Source: Candidatus Poribacteria bacterium (GTDB lineage: Bacteria; Poribacteria; WGA-4E; WGA-3G). Taken from it: a DNA stretch of 64,000 nt. This document shows, piece by piece, positions 38,360 through 48,623 of the stretch. Each line of letters begins with the position of its first letter. The stretch's first letter is position 1. Location: positions 244,091-308,090 of the forward strand of contig CBDAUH010000002.1 of assembly GCA_965200395.1 (NCBI GenBank), written 5' to 3'. A program made the position numbers and the translations under genes. Below the pieces are notes generated by a model. The model saw nothing but the letters and a program-made list of their open reading frames with translations, had not been told where the DNA came from and ran no database searches.

Positions 38360-38902
38360 TTACGCTTCCTTATCAGGTTCAGACGGTTCTTCGGTGTCAA
38401 CGACATTGAGCTCCCGTAAGGCTGTCTCTACACCATTCCTGAGGATTGGATTATCCCCTACCCTCTTTCTCATATTATTAGCTATCTTGGCTCGCTCTTC
38501 TGGTGTTTTTCGGGACATTCGCTTTGTCATCCATTTTCTGATAGCTTCACTTAGGGGTAGTACCTGTTCACGGAAGTCTGATATTTCTTCCTCCGAAACG
38601 TGCTCCTCTTTCATGACTTTTAGGCTTGTTTTCAGTAACCCCGGGTTGTCCGCTACGAGGCTAAAGTCTACCTCTATTTCTTTTCCAACTGCTTTCACTC
38701 TTTCTGGGTCTTCCTCGGCTGCGTTGATGAACTGGTTAATGTCTTCGTAGTGCTTTTGCATGGCTTGTGCCTCAGCTTCGGCTTGTGCCTCAGCTTCAGC
38801 TCGTCTCTCTGATGCATCTGCAGTTTCTTCAGGGGTAATAAGGATGTCTTTGGGATCCATTTTGTCACTCCTTCTATATTTATATGTAGGGGAGCAACCC
38901 AC
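38360..38902 (-). CDS. hypothetical acidic protein with an AEAEAQ repeat (180 aa), co-oriented upstream of the HsdR-N-like gene
   Basis: ORF. RRAEAEAQAEAEAQAMQK low-complexity helix. Start may be 38858 (MDPKD). Confidence 0.35.
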   Translation of the reverse strand: MGCSPTYKYRRSDKMDPKDILITPEETADASERRAEAEAQAEAEAQAMQKHYEDINQFINAAEEDPERVKAVGKEIEVDFSLVADNPGLLKTSLKVMKEEHVSEEEISDFREQVLPLSEAIRKWMTKRMSRKTPEERAKIANNMRKRVGDNPILRNGVETALRELNVVDTEEPSEPDKEA

Positions 38903-39099
38903 ACCGATGTAGGTCGGTCGCTCCAGATGCTTCTATCCGGTACTAACGTGAGTTCCGTAAATATTTTTATCAGTTTTGTATCCTCTGGAAGCCGCTATGA
39001 ATTTCTTCATATCTATAGAGAACTCCTTTATGCTTATGAGAATAGACTATTTCATTATAACAAAAAAGTTCTCTTTATGCTACATTATTATAGAATTCA

Positions 39100-39676
39100 C
39101 CCAGAGTCATTCAATTGTTGCGGACTTAGCGTCCTCCGCAATTCTGAAAAAGATGATCCGGAGAATGCCTAAAGGGCGTTCATACCTTTGATTTAGCGTA
39201 ATCTGCGATTCAGACGAGTTCTTTGTAGCATACCCTTTCTGGGTTGTGCCTTTCTAATCCTGACAAAAAACCAGCCAACCCTATTCCATGAAAAACACCT
39301 CAAAACACAGACTCTTAAAATCCGCGTCAATCTGTGTAATCCGCGTAATCCGTGATTCTGACAAACAAAATCCGCGTCAATCTGCGTAATCCGCTATTCA
39401 GAAAAAGAGCATGCAAGAAGACACAGACTCTTAAAATCCGCGTCAATCTGCGTAATCCGCGTAATCCGCGATTCTGACAAACAAAATCCGCGTCAATCTG
39501 CGTAATCCGGTGAATGCCTCAATGGCGTTCATACCGTTGATTTGGCGTCAATCCGCGATTCAGAAAAAAGCACGCAAGAGGACACAGACTCTTAAAATCC
39601 GCGTCAATCTGCGTAATCCGCGTAATCCGCGATTCTGACAAACAAAATCCGCGTCAATCTGCGTAATCCGGTGAAT
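39100..39676. repeat. tandem array (about 3 units of ~180 bp) of R2 repeat modules (aatccgcgt sub-repeats, attctgacaaacaaaatccgcgtcaatctgcgtaatccgg, gaatgcc...ggcgttc palindrome)
   Basis: Units begin at about 39280, 39425 and 39585. Confidence 0.75.
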
Positions 39677-40993
39677 AGGGTTATTTAGTTTTATAGATAT
39701 TCATTTTATCAAGTTAACTGTGAGTAAAGGTTTTGATGCATATTCCTTTATTTTATCAGCGATCCGTGTTATGCCTTGAAAACGGAATACGGATAATGCG
39801 GTATTTCGTAAAGCGGCCATGACTTGTGGAATAGCCCCGCATCTGACAGGTGATGCGTCCTCGCCGAGTAGCACATCGCGCATCCAATGCGACTTGTTCT
39901 CTATTGCCCAATGGCCTCTCCGTAAAGCAAGTAAGCGTTCTGCGGATGCCTCACTCGGTTTCAGGCTCGTAATCCCATAGGTAGTGCGGGTTGTCTCTTC
40001 TCCTGTCTTCATATTTTTGGAAGTATAGCAATATTGGATCACTTGTGCTACGCCCGGCCAATCCAGATATGCGTTGAGACTTGTGCTTGCCTTGATACAT
40101 CGCGTCTCAAGTCTGCCATGCGACTTTTCAATCGTCTCATGCATGTATATCGGTTTCCCTAAAGTAGGGTGTGTTGTGTCTTCAGAAACCGCGTCAGGCA
40201 CGCCTTGAAAAAGTTTTTCAATCGCTTCTAACAGGTCCGGTTGATTGCCTTTAACAGGCAGCATATAGTCGCCCCCGCTGTTTATGATTCCGTGGCAGAA
40301 AGAGCGTTGTGTCAAAAGGGCATCCGTTGTGATAACTTTGCCTGCTACATCAAACGCTTTGAGGATTTCCGTTGATACCGGTATTTCATTGGTTTTGTCG
40401 CTGACACCTCGCTGCGTGAGGGTGATCCCTAACTCATGAGAGACGACGGAGAGTAAATGGCTGATCATCGCACCACTTTTTTTAGACGCACGCAGGGTTT
40501 TGCCATCTATAGCGACTGCGTCGGAACACCCCCGCAAATCAGGGCACTCTGCTAATGCGGCGTTTACCCATTTTGACAGGATGTTTTCTAATGCCTCAAC
40601 GTCCAACTTTTTCAACAGATTATGGATAGTTGCGGCACAAGGCGTTTTGTGATGTGTGAACCCGAGTGCTTTTGTGAGTGCGGGCTGTGAGCGTGCCCAG
40701 GTAGCGATGGATGTATACCCTTTATGCCCGCACATCAATCCAACGACTAAAAGTGCGAGGATTGCTTTCAACGGGTGTCGTTTCCCTTTTTCCTTGCGTG
40801 GGTCTGTAAGTTCTGCTAACATATCCATTAAGTGGCAGGACTTTTTTCTTGTCATTCTTCACCTCAAAAGATCGTAAGTTTTTAAGGTGAAGTATAGCAG
40901 ATATACCATGAAAAATCACGGTATATCTGCACATCCTAAAATATTAACGATTGTGATAAAAAACAACTAAAATACATAAAACTAAATAACCCT
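39677..40993 (-). mobile_element. ISAs1-family insertion sequence inside an R2 repeat; IRs GGGTTATTTAGTTTTAT; 11-bp TSD ATCCGGTGAAT
   Basis: Inverted repeats at 39678-39694 and 40976-40992. ATCCGGTGAAT at 39666-39676 and 40994-41004. The flanks rejoin to a normal R2 sequence. Confidence 0.8.
39701..40855 (-). CDS. ISAs1-family transposase (H-repeat-associated protein type)
   Basis: ...LALRRGHWAIENKSHWMRDVLLGED... is the ISAs1 signature. N-terminal DDE_Tnp_1_assoc-like region. Confidence 0.8.
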   Translation of the reverse strand: MTRKKSCHLMDMLAELTDPRKEKGKRHPLKAILALLVVGLMCGHKGYTSIATWARSQPALTKALGFTHHKTPCAATIHNLLKKLDVEALENILSKWVNAALAECPDLRGCSDAVAIDGKTLRASKKSGAMISHLLSVVSHELGITLTQRGVSDKTNEIPVSTEILKAFDVAGKVITTDALLTQRSFCHGIINSGGDYMLPVKGNQPDLLEAIEKLFQGVPDAVSEDTTHPTLGKPIYMHETIEKSHGRLETRCIKASTSLNAYLDWPGVAQVIQYCYTSKNMKTGEETTRTTYGITSLKPSEASAERLLALRRGHWAIENKSHWMRDVLLGEDASPVRCGAIPQVMAALRNTALSVFRFQGITRIADKIKEYASKPLLTVNLIK

Positions 40994-41247
40994 ATCCGGT
41001 GAATGCCTAAACGACATTCATACCGTTGATTTGGTGTAATCCAAAATTCTGACAAACAAAAATCCGCGTCCAAAATCGACTTTTAAATGCCTCTGATGTT
41101 GAGAGAGTGTTGATAGATAGCGGTTTCTGAGTACTTTGAAGAAATCCTAGTAAATTAAAAATACCATCAAAACACAGAAATGTCAACTATTGTTAATTTA
41201 ACTCAAAAATATAGACGTGAACTTGTACCTACATAGAGAGAAAGCGA

Positions 41248-42519
41248 TCATGCATAAAGTTCTTGCAACACCTCAAAATAATTTGGAAACGTTTTGCTAA
41301 CACACTCTGGATCGTTAATCTGTATTCCAGACACTTTCAACCCAATCAGAGAGAATGCCATCGCTACTCGATGGTCACTATAGGTATCAACTGCAGCAGG
41401 TGTAATTGGGGAAGGAGAGATTTCAAGACCATCTTGATGTTCAACCACATCCACCCCTAATTTTCGCAGCTCCATCACCATCGCGTGAATTCTGTCAGTC
41501 TCCTGCCAACGCGTATGTTCAATGTTTCGAATAGAGACTTTGCTATCGGCAAACGGGGCTATCGCAGCAAGGGTTAGTGCGGTATCAGAAATATCCTTCA
41601 TATCCACATCAATCCCCTTTAACTGGTGGGGCCCTTGGACAGTTATACCTACATCCGATACAGAAACTTGACATCCCATCTGTTCTAAGACGTGCACAAA
41701 TTGGATATCACCTTGTGAAGAATTTGTGGACAAATGCTGGACAGTGACACATCCTCCCGTGAGTGCTGCAGCGGCGAAAAAGTAGGACGCACTAGAGGCA
41801 TCCGGTTCAATGTGGTATGCACGCGGTTGATACTGCTGCCTACCTACAATGTGGAACTGTCTATAATCTTTGTGACTGACATGTGCACCGAACGTCTCCA
41901 TTACTGCCAACGTGATGTCGATATAAGGGGTCTTGAGATCACCAATTACCTCTATCTCCATTCCCACTTTAGTGTAGGGTGCAATGAGCAGCAACGATGT
42001 TAGAAACTGGCTACTTTTGCTTGCATCAATTGTAGTTTTTCCGCCTTTTAGTCCCGCTGCTTGAACGATGATTGGCAGATGACCGTTCTCATATTGCGAA
42101 CGCGCGGAAACACCGAGCTGCGTCAAGGCATCAAGTAAATCCGACATAGGCCGGCTGCGCCGCATCGGTTCATCCCCATCAAGCACAAATTTTCCGCGTC
42201 CGAGAGAGACATAGCTCACAAGTGATCGTGTCGTTGTACCTGAGTTGCCTACATAGAGCTCTGCTCCGTGGATAGGTATATTACCACCGTTTCCTGTGAC
42301 AGAAAAGGTAGATTGTTCCCTATTCTCCGATATTTGAATACCGAGTTTACGAAGTGCGTTGCACATATAGTGTGTATCATCACTGAAAAGTGCACCTGTC
42401 AACGTGGAGTCTCCGTCTGCAAGTGCAGCAACTAACAACGCACGGTTGGTATAGCTTTTGGATCCGGGAACCTCTATTGTAACGTTGGGTGGGGTATGAA
42501 GTGGTTGTATTTCTATCAT
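41248..42519 (-). CDS. aroA: 3-phosphoshikimate 1-carboxyvinyltransferase (EPSP synthase)
   Basis: VTIEVPGSKSYTNRALLVAALADG...; 423 aa. Confidence 0.9.
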   Translation of the reverse strand: MIEIQPLHTPPNVTIEVPGSKSYTNRALLVAALADGDSTLTGALFSDDTHYMCNALRKLGIQISENREQSTFSVTGNGGNIPIHGAELYVGNSGTTTRSLVSYVSLGRGKFVLDGDEPMRRSRPMSDLLDALTQLGVSARSQYENGHLPIIVQAAGLKGGKTTIDASKSSQFLTSLLLIAPYTKVGMEIEVIGDLKTPYIDITLAVMETFGAHVSHKDYRQFHIVGRQQYQPRAYHIEPDASSASYFFAAAALTGGCVTVQHLSTNSSQGDIQFVHVLEQMGCQVSVSDVGITVQGPHQLKGIDVDMKDISDTALTLAAIAPFADSKVSIRNIEHTRWQETDRIHAMVMELRKLGVDVVEHQDGLEISPSPITPAAVDTYSDHRVAMAFSLIGLKVSGIQINDPECVSKTFPNYFEVLQELYA

Positions 42520-42531
42520 TTTGGTCTATGT

Positions 42532-43431
42532 CTATGACAATAACCTTAATTCAGTAAGCAATTCCCGCAGTTCGGCTTTCTCAGTATCAGTAAGAGGCAG
42601 CAAAGGACTCGTGGTATATGCGTTGCAAACACCTAAAATCTCCAAACAGGCTTTCATTCCACTTACACCTTGTCCGTAGGAATATAGTTTGCTAAGTTTG
42701 ATCATCCATTGTTGTAGTCGGTCAACTTCATCAATATTGCGTGTTTTTGCGGCATTATAGAGTGCGACCGATTCTTTCGGCGCGACGTTTGAAATGGAGA
42801 TGACACCGCCGTCTGCACCGAATAGCATCGCTGCCCCGATGATATAATGCGATCCAATAAAAATTGCAAAATCGTCCCGTTCACCAAGTAGGGAGAGCAG
42901 GTTGAGACAGTTTATCCAATCACCTGAGCTATCCTTCATTCCAACAATATTTTCACAATCATCTGCAAGTTGCACAATAATCTGTGGTTTGATGGCAGTT
43001 TTAGTGGTAGATGGAATGTTATAAATTAACACTGGGAGGTCAGTACTTGCAGCAATAGCCCGATAGAATTTTATGATGTCTGCGTCATCAGTAGATGGAT
43101 AATAATAACCGGGTGTGGCTGCAACAGCATCTACTTTATATTGCTGTGCAATTTCAATGTTTTGGATTACCCGTTGTGTGCTTGTATCCATAACGCAACA
43201 GATAATAGGCACGCGGCCTGCAATAGTTTTGGTCGCAATGTCCAATGCACGTTCGCGCTCCGAATTTGTCAATGTCGTGAACTCTCCTGAGGAACCCAAT
43301 AGATAAATTCCGTGAACCTCGTTGTCAATAAGGCGGTTAAGTTGCTTGACGAATCCGAGTTCATCAATCCGCTCTTTTTCATCAAGTGGTGTTACCGTAG
43401 GTGTGAAAATACCTTCATATCGTATATTCAT
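42532..43431 (-). CDS. dapA: 4-hydroxy-tetrahydrodipicolinate synthase / DHDPS-family aldolase
   Basis: GIFTPTVTPLDE...GIYLLGSSGEFTTL...; 299 aa. Confidence 0.75.
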   Translation of the reverse strand: MNIRYEGIFTPTVTPLDEKERIDELGFVKQLNRLIDNEVHGIYLLGSSGEFTTLTNSERERALDIATKTIAGRVPIICCVMDTSTQRVIQNIEIAQQYKVDAVAATPGYYYPSTDDADIIKFYRAIAASTDLPVLIYNIPSTTKTAIKPQIIVQLADDCENIVGMKDSSGDWINCLNLLSLLGERDDFAIFIGSHYIIGAAMLFGADGGVISISNVAPKESVALYNAAKTRNIDEVDRLQQWMIKLSKLYSYGQGVSGMKACLEILGVCNAYTTSPLLPLTDTEKAELRELLTELRLLS

Positions 43432-43558
43432 AGACCCTCTCTTATGTATTGCTGGATTATACTTGATTGCAGTTTAACAAAGCCGAAAATAAATGTCAAT
43501 AACTTCTATAAATATGCTATCATTATATTGGACTTCAGATAGAACTACGGAACGGACT

Positions 43559-45340
43559 ATGAATATCCGAACACAACTCATACTTAGTTACATTGGTATC
43601 GTACTGCTTGTGCTTTTCGCAATGTATTTTTACCTCGGTAATGCACTTCAAGGTGTATTGAGCGATCGCATTACAAATGAATTGGAAGTTCAGGCGGCTT
43701 TGACGAGAGAATTTCTTATTGAAGAACTTCCTGAAATAAATAGTTTTTCTCATACGGAAATTGACGGCCTTGTTGATAGACTTGGGGAGACAAGGAAGAT
43801 GCGATTAACATTCATCGGTGCAGATGGCACTGTTTGGGGGGATACTGAGCGAGATGGACAATCTCTAATTGATATGGACAATCACCTGTCTCGACCAGAA
43901 GTGCAGGATGCGATTAAGAACGGAAGTGGCATCCGAAACCGCTTCAGTGATACAACTAAGACTAAATTCCGATACTTTGCAATACCGATTAAACAAAATG
44001 AAGGCTTGATAGGTTTTTGTCGTGTTGCTATGCCGATGGAAACCATTAACACCGCACTCGGGGACCTACAGCGGATGTTGTTGTTTGCTACTATCGCAGG
44101 ATCTGTTCTTGCAATTTTGTTTGGGATTTTGAGTTCTGGTGCTATTGTCAAACCGATCAAAAGGCTGACACAGATCACACAATCTATTGCCGCCGGAGAT
44201 ACTACTTCGCGCGTTGAGGTTAAATCAAACAATGAATTAGGACAACTGCTACAGAACTTCAACTTGATGACTGATAAAGTGCAGCAACAGATTGAACAGA
44301 TTTCAGTTGAAAATCAACGTTTGGAAACTATCTTGAACAATATGCGTGAAGGTGTGTTACTCGTCGACGGCGCATCTGAAATTACTTATGCCAATCCAGC
44401 ATCTATAGTGATGCTAAACCTACCTGCGATGTATGTTGGCAGAGCGTTAATTGAAATCAATCGTATTCCTGAACTGCAAGCATTACTTTCGGAGGCTGAA
44501 CAAACGAGCTCTATTGCCTTTGCAGAAATACGACTCGCTAATCTGCAGGAGTCAGAAGCAGAGGTTACTATTGTCCCTGTCGCTGCAAAAGGTGAGTATG
44601 TGATCGTTATCCATGATGTTAGTCATGTTCGTCAATTGGAACGTATCCGTGCTGATTTCGTAGCAAATGTATCACATGAATTGCGAACCCCGCTGACAAC
44701 AATACACGGATATGCTGAAACTTTACTCAACAATAAACCGACCAAAAACAAAAAACGCACTGAATTTATAGTTAAAATACTAAATCACTCCGCTCGGTTA
44801 TCGCGTTTGGTTTCCGATCTGCTGGAGTTGGCACGGCTTGAATCGGGCGATGCAGAACTTACCATGACACCATGTCAGCTGAGCACTTTCTACGAACAGA
44901 TTATGGATATCTTTGAACCTGTATTAGAAGAATCAGAATTGGTTTTGAAATGGAATATTCCGGATAAGCTGCCCCAGGTAAATGTGGACCATCAGTTGTT
45001 CATGCAGGTGTTTGTTAATCTGATAGACAATGCCATCAAATATACACCGGATGGTGGTGAGATTGAAATTTCAGCGGAAATTAACACGACAAACACTGAG
45101 ACTGCAGATGAATTAGTCGTCCATATAAAAGACCCAGGTATCGGTATTCCATTAGAATCGCAATCTCGTGTTTTTGAACGTTTTTATCGCGTTGATAAAG
45201 GACGCGCACGAAAGATGGGTGGCACAGGATTAGGTTTGGCAATTACCAAACATATTCTTCTATGCCACAACGGACAGATATGGTTGGAAAGCGAGTTAGG
45301 GCAAGGCACTGTGTTCCATTTTGCATTGCCTCTCACGTAA
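43559..45340 (+). CDS. sensor histidine kinase (TM, HAMP, PAS, HisKA, HATPase_c)
   Basis: H-box VSHELRTPLTTIHGY. N-box LIDNAIKYT. G-boxes IKDPGIGI and GGTGLGLAITKHI. Confidence 0.85.
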   Translation: MNIRTQLILSYIGIVLLVLFAMYFYLGNALQGVLSDRITNELEVQAALTREFLIEELPEINSFSHTEIDGLVDRLGETRKMRLTFIGADGTVWGDTERDGQSLIDMDNHLSRPEVQDAIKNGSGIRNRFSDTTKTKFRYFAIPIKQNEGLIGFCRVAMPMETINTALGDLQRMLLFATIAGSVLAILFGILSSGAIVKPIKRLTQITQSIAAGDTTSRVEVKSNNELGQLLQNFNLMTDKVQQQIEQISVENQRLETILNNMREGVLLVDGASEITYANPASIVMLNLPAMYVGRALIEINRIPELQALLSEAEQTSSIAFAEIRLANLQESEAEVTIVPVAAKGEYVIVIHDVSHVRQLERIRADFVANVSHELRTPLTTIHGYAETLLNNKPTKNKKRTEFIVKILNHSARLSRLVSDLLELARLESGDAELTMTPCQLSTFYEQIMDIFEPVLEESELVLKWNIPDKLPQVNVDHQLFMQVFVNLIDNAIKYTPDGGEIEISAEINTTNTETADELVVHIKDPGIGIPLESQSRVFERFYRVDKGRARKMGGTGLGLAITKHILLCHNGQIWLESELGQGTVFHFALPLT

Positions 45341-45376
45341 ACAGATCAGGACTTACGCATTCCCCCCGCTTGCGCT

Positions 45377-46711
45377 CACTTACCCCCATTTTTGTATGCG
45401 GTATGTGTAGGCGTGTGTGTGTATAGAAATAAGTTGGAAAGTCTGATGGGTTATGGTAGAATACCTCCATATAAACCAATGTCGGTGAAAAACCGGCAGG
45501 GAGGTATTCTTATGAAATATACCCTTAGCTGGGTACATCCCAGAAAGATTATAACAGGTTTTCGTAAAGTTTTCAACGGGATTTGTATCAAAAAACCGAC
45601 GCTCCGCAACTTTTATTTGATGCTACAGGCTGTGTGTGTAGCCCCGAGTTTTCGTATTCAATCGATTGCCTCACATCTACCTATCCGTGTGAAACACGAC
45701 AAGTCTAAGCAAAAGCGTGTGTTGCGGTTTATTGATACCTATTTTCCGGTTGCAGCGGTGAAGGGTGCTTGGTTGTCACATATAGTTGTCAGTGTGTGTC
45801 GTTCTGTGGGGATGCAGCATCTGCTTGTGCTGATAGACGAGACAGATTTACCGGGCGGATGGAAGGCGATTGTTGCAGCCCTTCCGTTTCGCAATCGTGC
45901 GATCCCGCTCTATTGGGTTCTGTATAAAAATGAGATGCTCAAAGATGGCACCTATCAAGGACATAACGATTTAGTTCAGCAGTTCTGTTGTGATGTCCAT
46001 AGTCGCGTTGTTAAAGTGTTAGGGGATAGTCGGGAGCCTGTGTTGGTTTTTGACAGAGGGTTCGCCCGAGCGAGAGCGATCCTCAAGTTTTTTGAGGGGC
46101 AAGGCATCTGCTACTTGATGCGTGTGCCACGCAATGTTGGTGTGCGTATAGCAGGCAACAAGCAGTGCCTTGAAGAAGTGGCAAATGGTTTTTACCCACA
46201 AGTGCTTTATCACTACACGGAGCAGGTGCCTGTGGCACTCTATGTTGGGGGACAGCACACCAAGAAAGACCCGTTATATCTTATCTCCAATCGGCTTCAG
46301 GGGAACCCCCTGCGAACTTGCTACAAGCGGCGGACACAGATTGAACACGGGTTCAGAGACTTGAAAACGAACTTCGGTTTCAAAGCACTCGTTTTGAGAA
46401 AGAACGAACAGCCCCGGATGGAAGTTCTGTTTTTGTTGGCAGTCGTGGCTTATGGTTTGGCGTTCCTGTGTTATGAAAAAGCTGCGGACAGATGGGCAAA
46501 AACTTTACACCCTACGCGGAAAGTTTACTCCGTGATCAGTGTCATCAACCGTATGATCCGCGAGGTGTGGACGCAGGAGGCGTTGCTCTTGTTCACCGAG
46601 AGGACTTGTTTGAGAGATATAAACTTTCTCACCGCAGAAGAACTGACATGACAACATTGGAAACCTATGAACACAACTACACACGCATTCAAAAAAAAAT
46701 GGGGGTAAGTG
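45377..46711 (+). mobile_element. IS4-family insertion sequence, copy D (1335 bp)
   Basis: Identical to copies A-C. Confidence 0.85.
45512..46651 (+). CDS. IS4-family DDE transposase (copy D)
   Basis: Identical to copy A except one substitution (GVCIKK to GICIKK). Confidence 0.8.
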   Translation: MKYTLSWVHPRKIITGFRKVFNGICIKKPTLRNFYLMLQAVCVAPSFRIQSIASHLPIRVKHDKSKQKRVLRFIDTYFPVAAVKGAWLSHIVVSVCRSVGMQHLLVLIDETDLPGGWKAIVAALPFRNRAIPLYWVLYKNEMLKDGTYQGHNDLVQQFCCDVHSRVVKVLGDSREPVLVFDRGFARARAILKFFEGQGICYLMRVPRNVGVRIAGNKQCLEEVANGFYPQVLYHYTEQVPVALYVGGQHTKKDPLYLISNRLQGNPLRTCYKRRTQIEHGFRDLKTNFGFKALVLRKNEQPRMEVLFLLAVVAYGLAFLCYEKAADRWAKTLHPTRKVYSVISVINRMIREVWTQEALLLFTERTCLRDINFLTAEELT

Positions 46712-46819
46712 CGGGATAAAGGGGGGTAAGTCCTCGAAAATAGCAAAAAATATGGGATAAAATACATAAAAAAACAAAATTTTAAACAAGAACGCACAAA
46801 ATTGCGTAAGTCCTGCAGA

Positions 46820-47497
46820 TTAAATCTGCCACTCTTGTTCTGTCCATGCCATCTCCCAAAATAGATATTCATAACGACTACTGAGTAAAAAATGGTGTTG
46901 TAATCTCTGTTTTTCAAGTGTGCTACTTTCAGATGTAATTTCGTTCAATAGGTTTCGCAGCCATTCACCTAATGCAAGGAATTCAGGGGAAGCGTACATA
47001 TCAATCCATTCTTGGTATAGCGGTTCGGGAGAACCTCCTTGTTCAGCGAGGTTTGTGCCGATTTCTGCGTATCCCCATTGACATGGAAGTACACCTGCGA
47101 TCACATCTGCTAATGTACCGATTTGTGCGACGTTTAGTATGTGCCGCGTATAGGCGTGAGTTGTGGGTGCCATCGGTGCTGCTTCCATCTCAGCAGGTGT
47201 AATTCCGAATTTCTTGCAATATCCGCGATGCAAATCCATTTCAGTGTTCAAGGTTTCGTTTAACAATTGAGCAAAGAGTGCCATTGTCTTTTCATCGGGT
47301 GCTTTGATAACGCCATGTGCAAATACGCGGCTGTAGTCCAATAGGAATAAGTAATCTTGGATAAGGTAGAACTTGAATTTTTCAGTTGGTAGGCTTCCAT
47401 CTGCAATACCACGGACGAAGGGGTGCTTAAGGTCGGCTTCCCAAATCGGGGCAGCGTATTGACGTAGTTCATCGGTGAATTTGGAATTATTTGTCAT
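46820..47497 (-). CDS. tenA: TenA-family thiaminase II / aminopyrimidine aminohydrolase
   Basis: KFKFYLIQDYLFLLDYSRVFA... is the TenA signature; 225 aa. Confidence 0.8.
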   Translation of the reverse strand: MTNNSKFTDELRQYAAPIWEADLKHPFVRGIADGSLPTEKFKFYLIQDYLFLLDYSRVFAHGVIKAPDEKTMALFAQLLNETLNTEMDLHRGYCKKFGITPAEMEAAPMAPTTHAYTRHILNVAQIGTLADVIAGVLPCQWGYAEIGTNLAEQGGSPEPLYQEWIDMYASPEFLALGEWLRNLLNEITSESSTLEKQRLQHHFLLSSRYEYLFWEMAWTEQEWQI

Positions 47498-47563
47498 ACG
47501 GTCTCCTTAGTTACTATAACGGATTTCTTCTATATCATACCTTAATATTGTGAGGATGTCAAA

Positions 47564-48472
47564 ATGTTTGAAAGACTTGGAATAGTTACCAATATCTGGG
47601 CAAAAGAGATAGAAAGTGGTGCACGTTTTGATGATTTGATGGTTGCGTTCGGAGAAAACGGATTTCAAGATATGGAGGTGCGTGAAGGGGATTATCTGCG
47701 CAACTCCGAATTCGGAGCTCTTATCACTGAGCTTGAAGAAACAATGCCTAAATACTCCGATAATGAATTTAAATCTATCTGTGAAACGGTTTGGGACGGT
47801 GCTACTACAGATGGTTTTAATCCGAACGATATGAAATACCCGAAACTTTTTAAGAAGATTGCGGATTTTGTGCAGAAAGCATCAGGATTGACATTCAGCT
47901 ATGCTATGTCCTACCCTTGGCTTTCAGCACCGCAAGATATAGAGACAGATAATCAAAAGATTGTCACCGCGAAGAAATTGGCATATCTATTATGTCCAGC
48001 GCGGGCAAGGTTACGCCTCGTCGATTTGGAAACCGATAGCGAAATTGACGACAACATTGCGATTGACAATCTCAATCGTTACAACACACTGCTTCCGGAA
48101 TATCCCATGATTTTCGCTGTGGAGAACGCACGGCAATCGGCAACATTGACATTGAAATTGGCTGTTGCGGGTGGTGCTAAACTCACTTATGACGAAACAA
48201 ACACATATCTTGCCGATGGAACAACCATCAATTCGCCAGCGGAATTCTGGGGAGAAGTAAAAGTGAACGACCTGACATCAGTGCATTTCAAACAGAAGAC
48301 AGAGGCTGGCGTATTATCCGAAGTAGGAAACGGATTCGTAGATTTTAAGGCTATTGCCCAACATCTACAATCGAAAAACTATGTAGGTGATCTTTTGCTT
48401 GAAAATGCACCGACTACACAAGCGTTAGCTGATGCCTTAAATAGTCGGGAATATCTTCTCGGATGTTTATGA
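47564..48472 (+). CDS. hypothetical protein, possibly a xylose-isomerase-like TIM-barrel (sugar phosphate isomerase/epimerase)
   Basis: Weak IFAVENA / LLLENA glutamate motifs only. Confidence 0.3.
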   Translation: MFERLGIVTNIWAKEIESGARFDDLMVAFGENGFQDMEVREGDYLRNSEFGALITELEETMPKYSDNEFKSICETVWDGATTDGFNPNDMKYPKLFKKIADFVQKASGLTFSYAMSYPWLSAPQDIETDNQKIVTAKKLAYLLCPARARLRLVDLETDSEIDDNIAIDNLNRYNTLLPEYPMIFAVENARQSATLTLKLAVAGGAKLTYDETNTYLADGTTINSPAEFWGEVKVNDLTSVHFKQKTEAGVLSEVGNGFVDFKAIAQHLQSKNYVGDLLLENAPTTQALADALNSREYLLGCL

Positions 48473-48623
48473 TGGCACGGCAATGATAGGCGTGTTTTGC
48501 AGAGCATACCAAGATATCAATTTAGCACAACCGCAGTCGTCTATGCACATGATTCAGCGCGCTTGCAAAGCACCGAATTAGCGGGACGATGCTGTATAAC
48601 ACTTCCCGCTTGCCGTTTGTGGA

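Larger units (their letters stand above)
45347..46815. repeat. MITE M1 copy split by IS4 copy D (left TIR CAGGACTTACGCA at 45347; right TIR TGCGTAAGTCCTG ending 46815)
   Basis: The flanks join to the M1 sequence seen intact at 21987-22116. Confidence 0.7.

Noticed and set aside
39100-39680. Possible CRISPR array (regular short repeats aatccgcgt / gtaatccgcg)
   Set aside because: The repeats are 9 bp and directly adjacent with no unique spacers. The larger ~180-bp units are near-identical copies of each other, not unique spacers, and the same motifs are dispersed in R2 elements elsewhere. No cas genes are present.
47498-47563. TPP riboswitch upstream of tenA
   Set aside because: The divergent intergenic region is only 66 nt and shows no TPP aptamer features.
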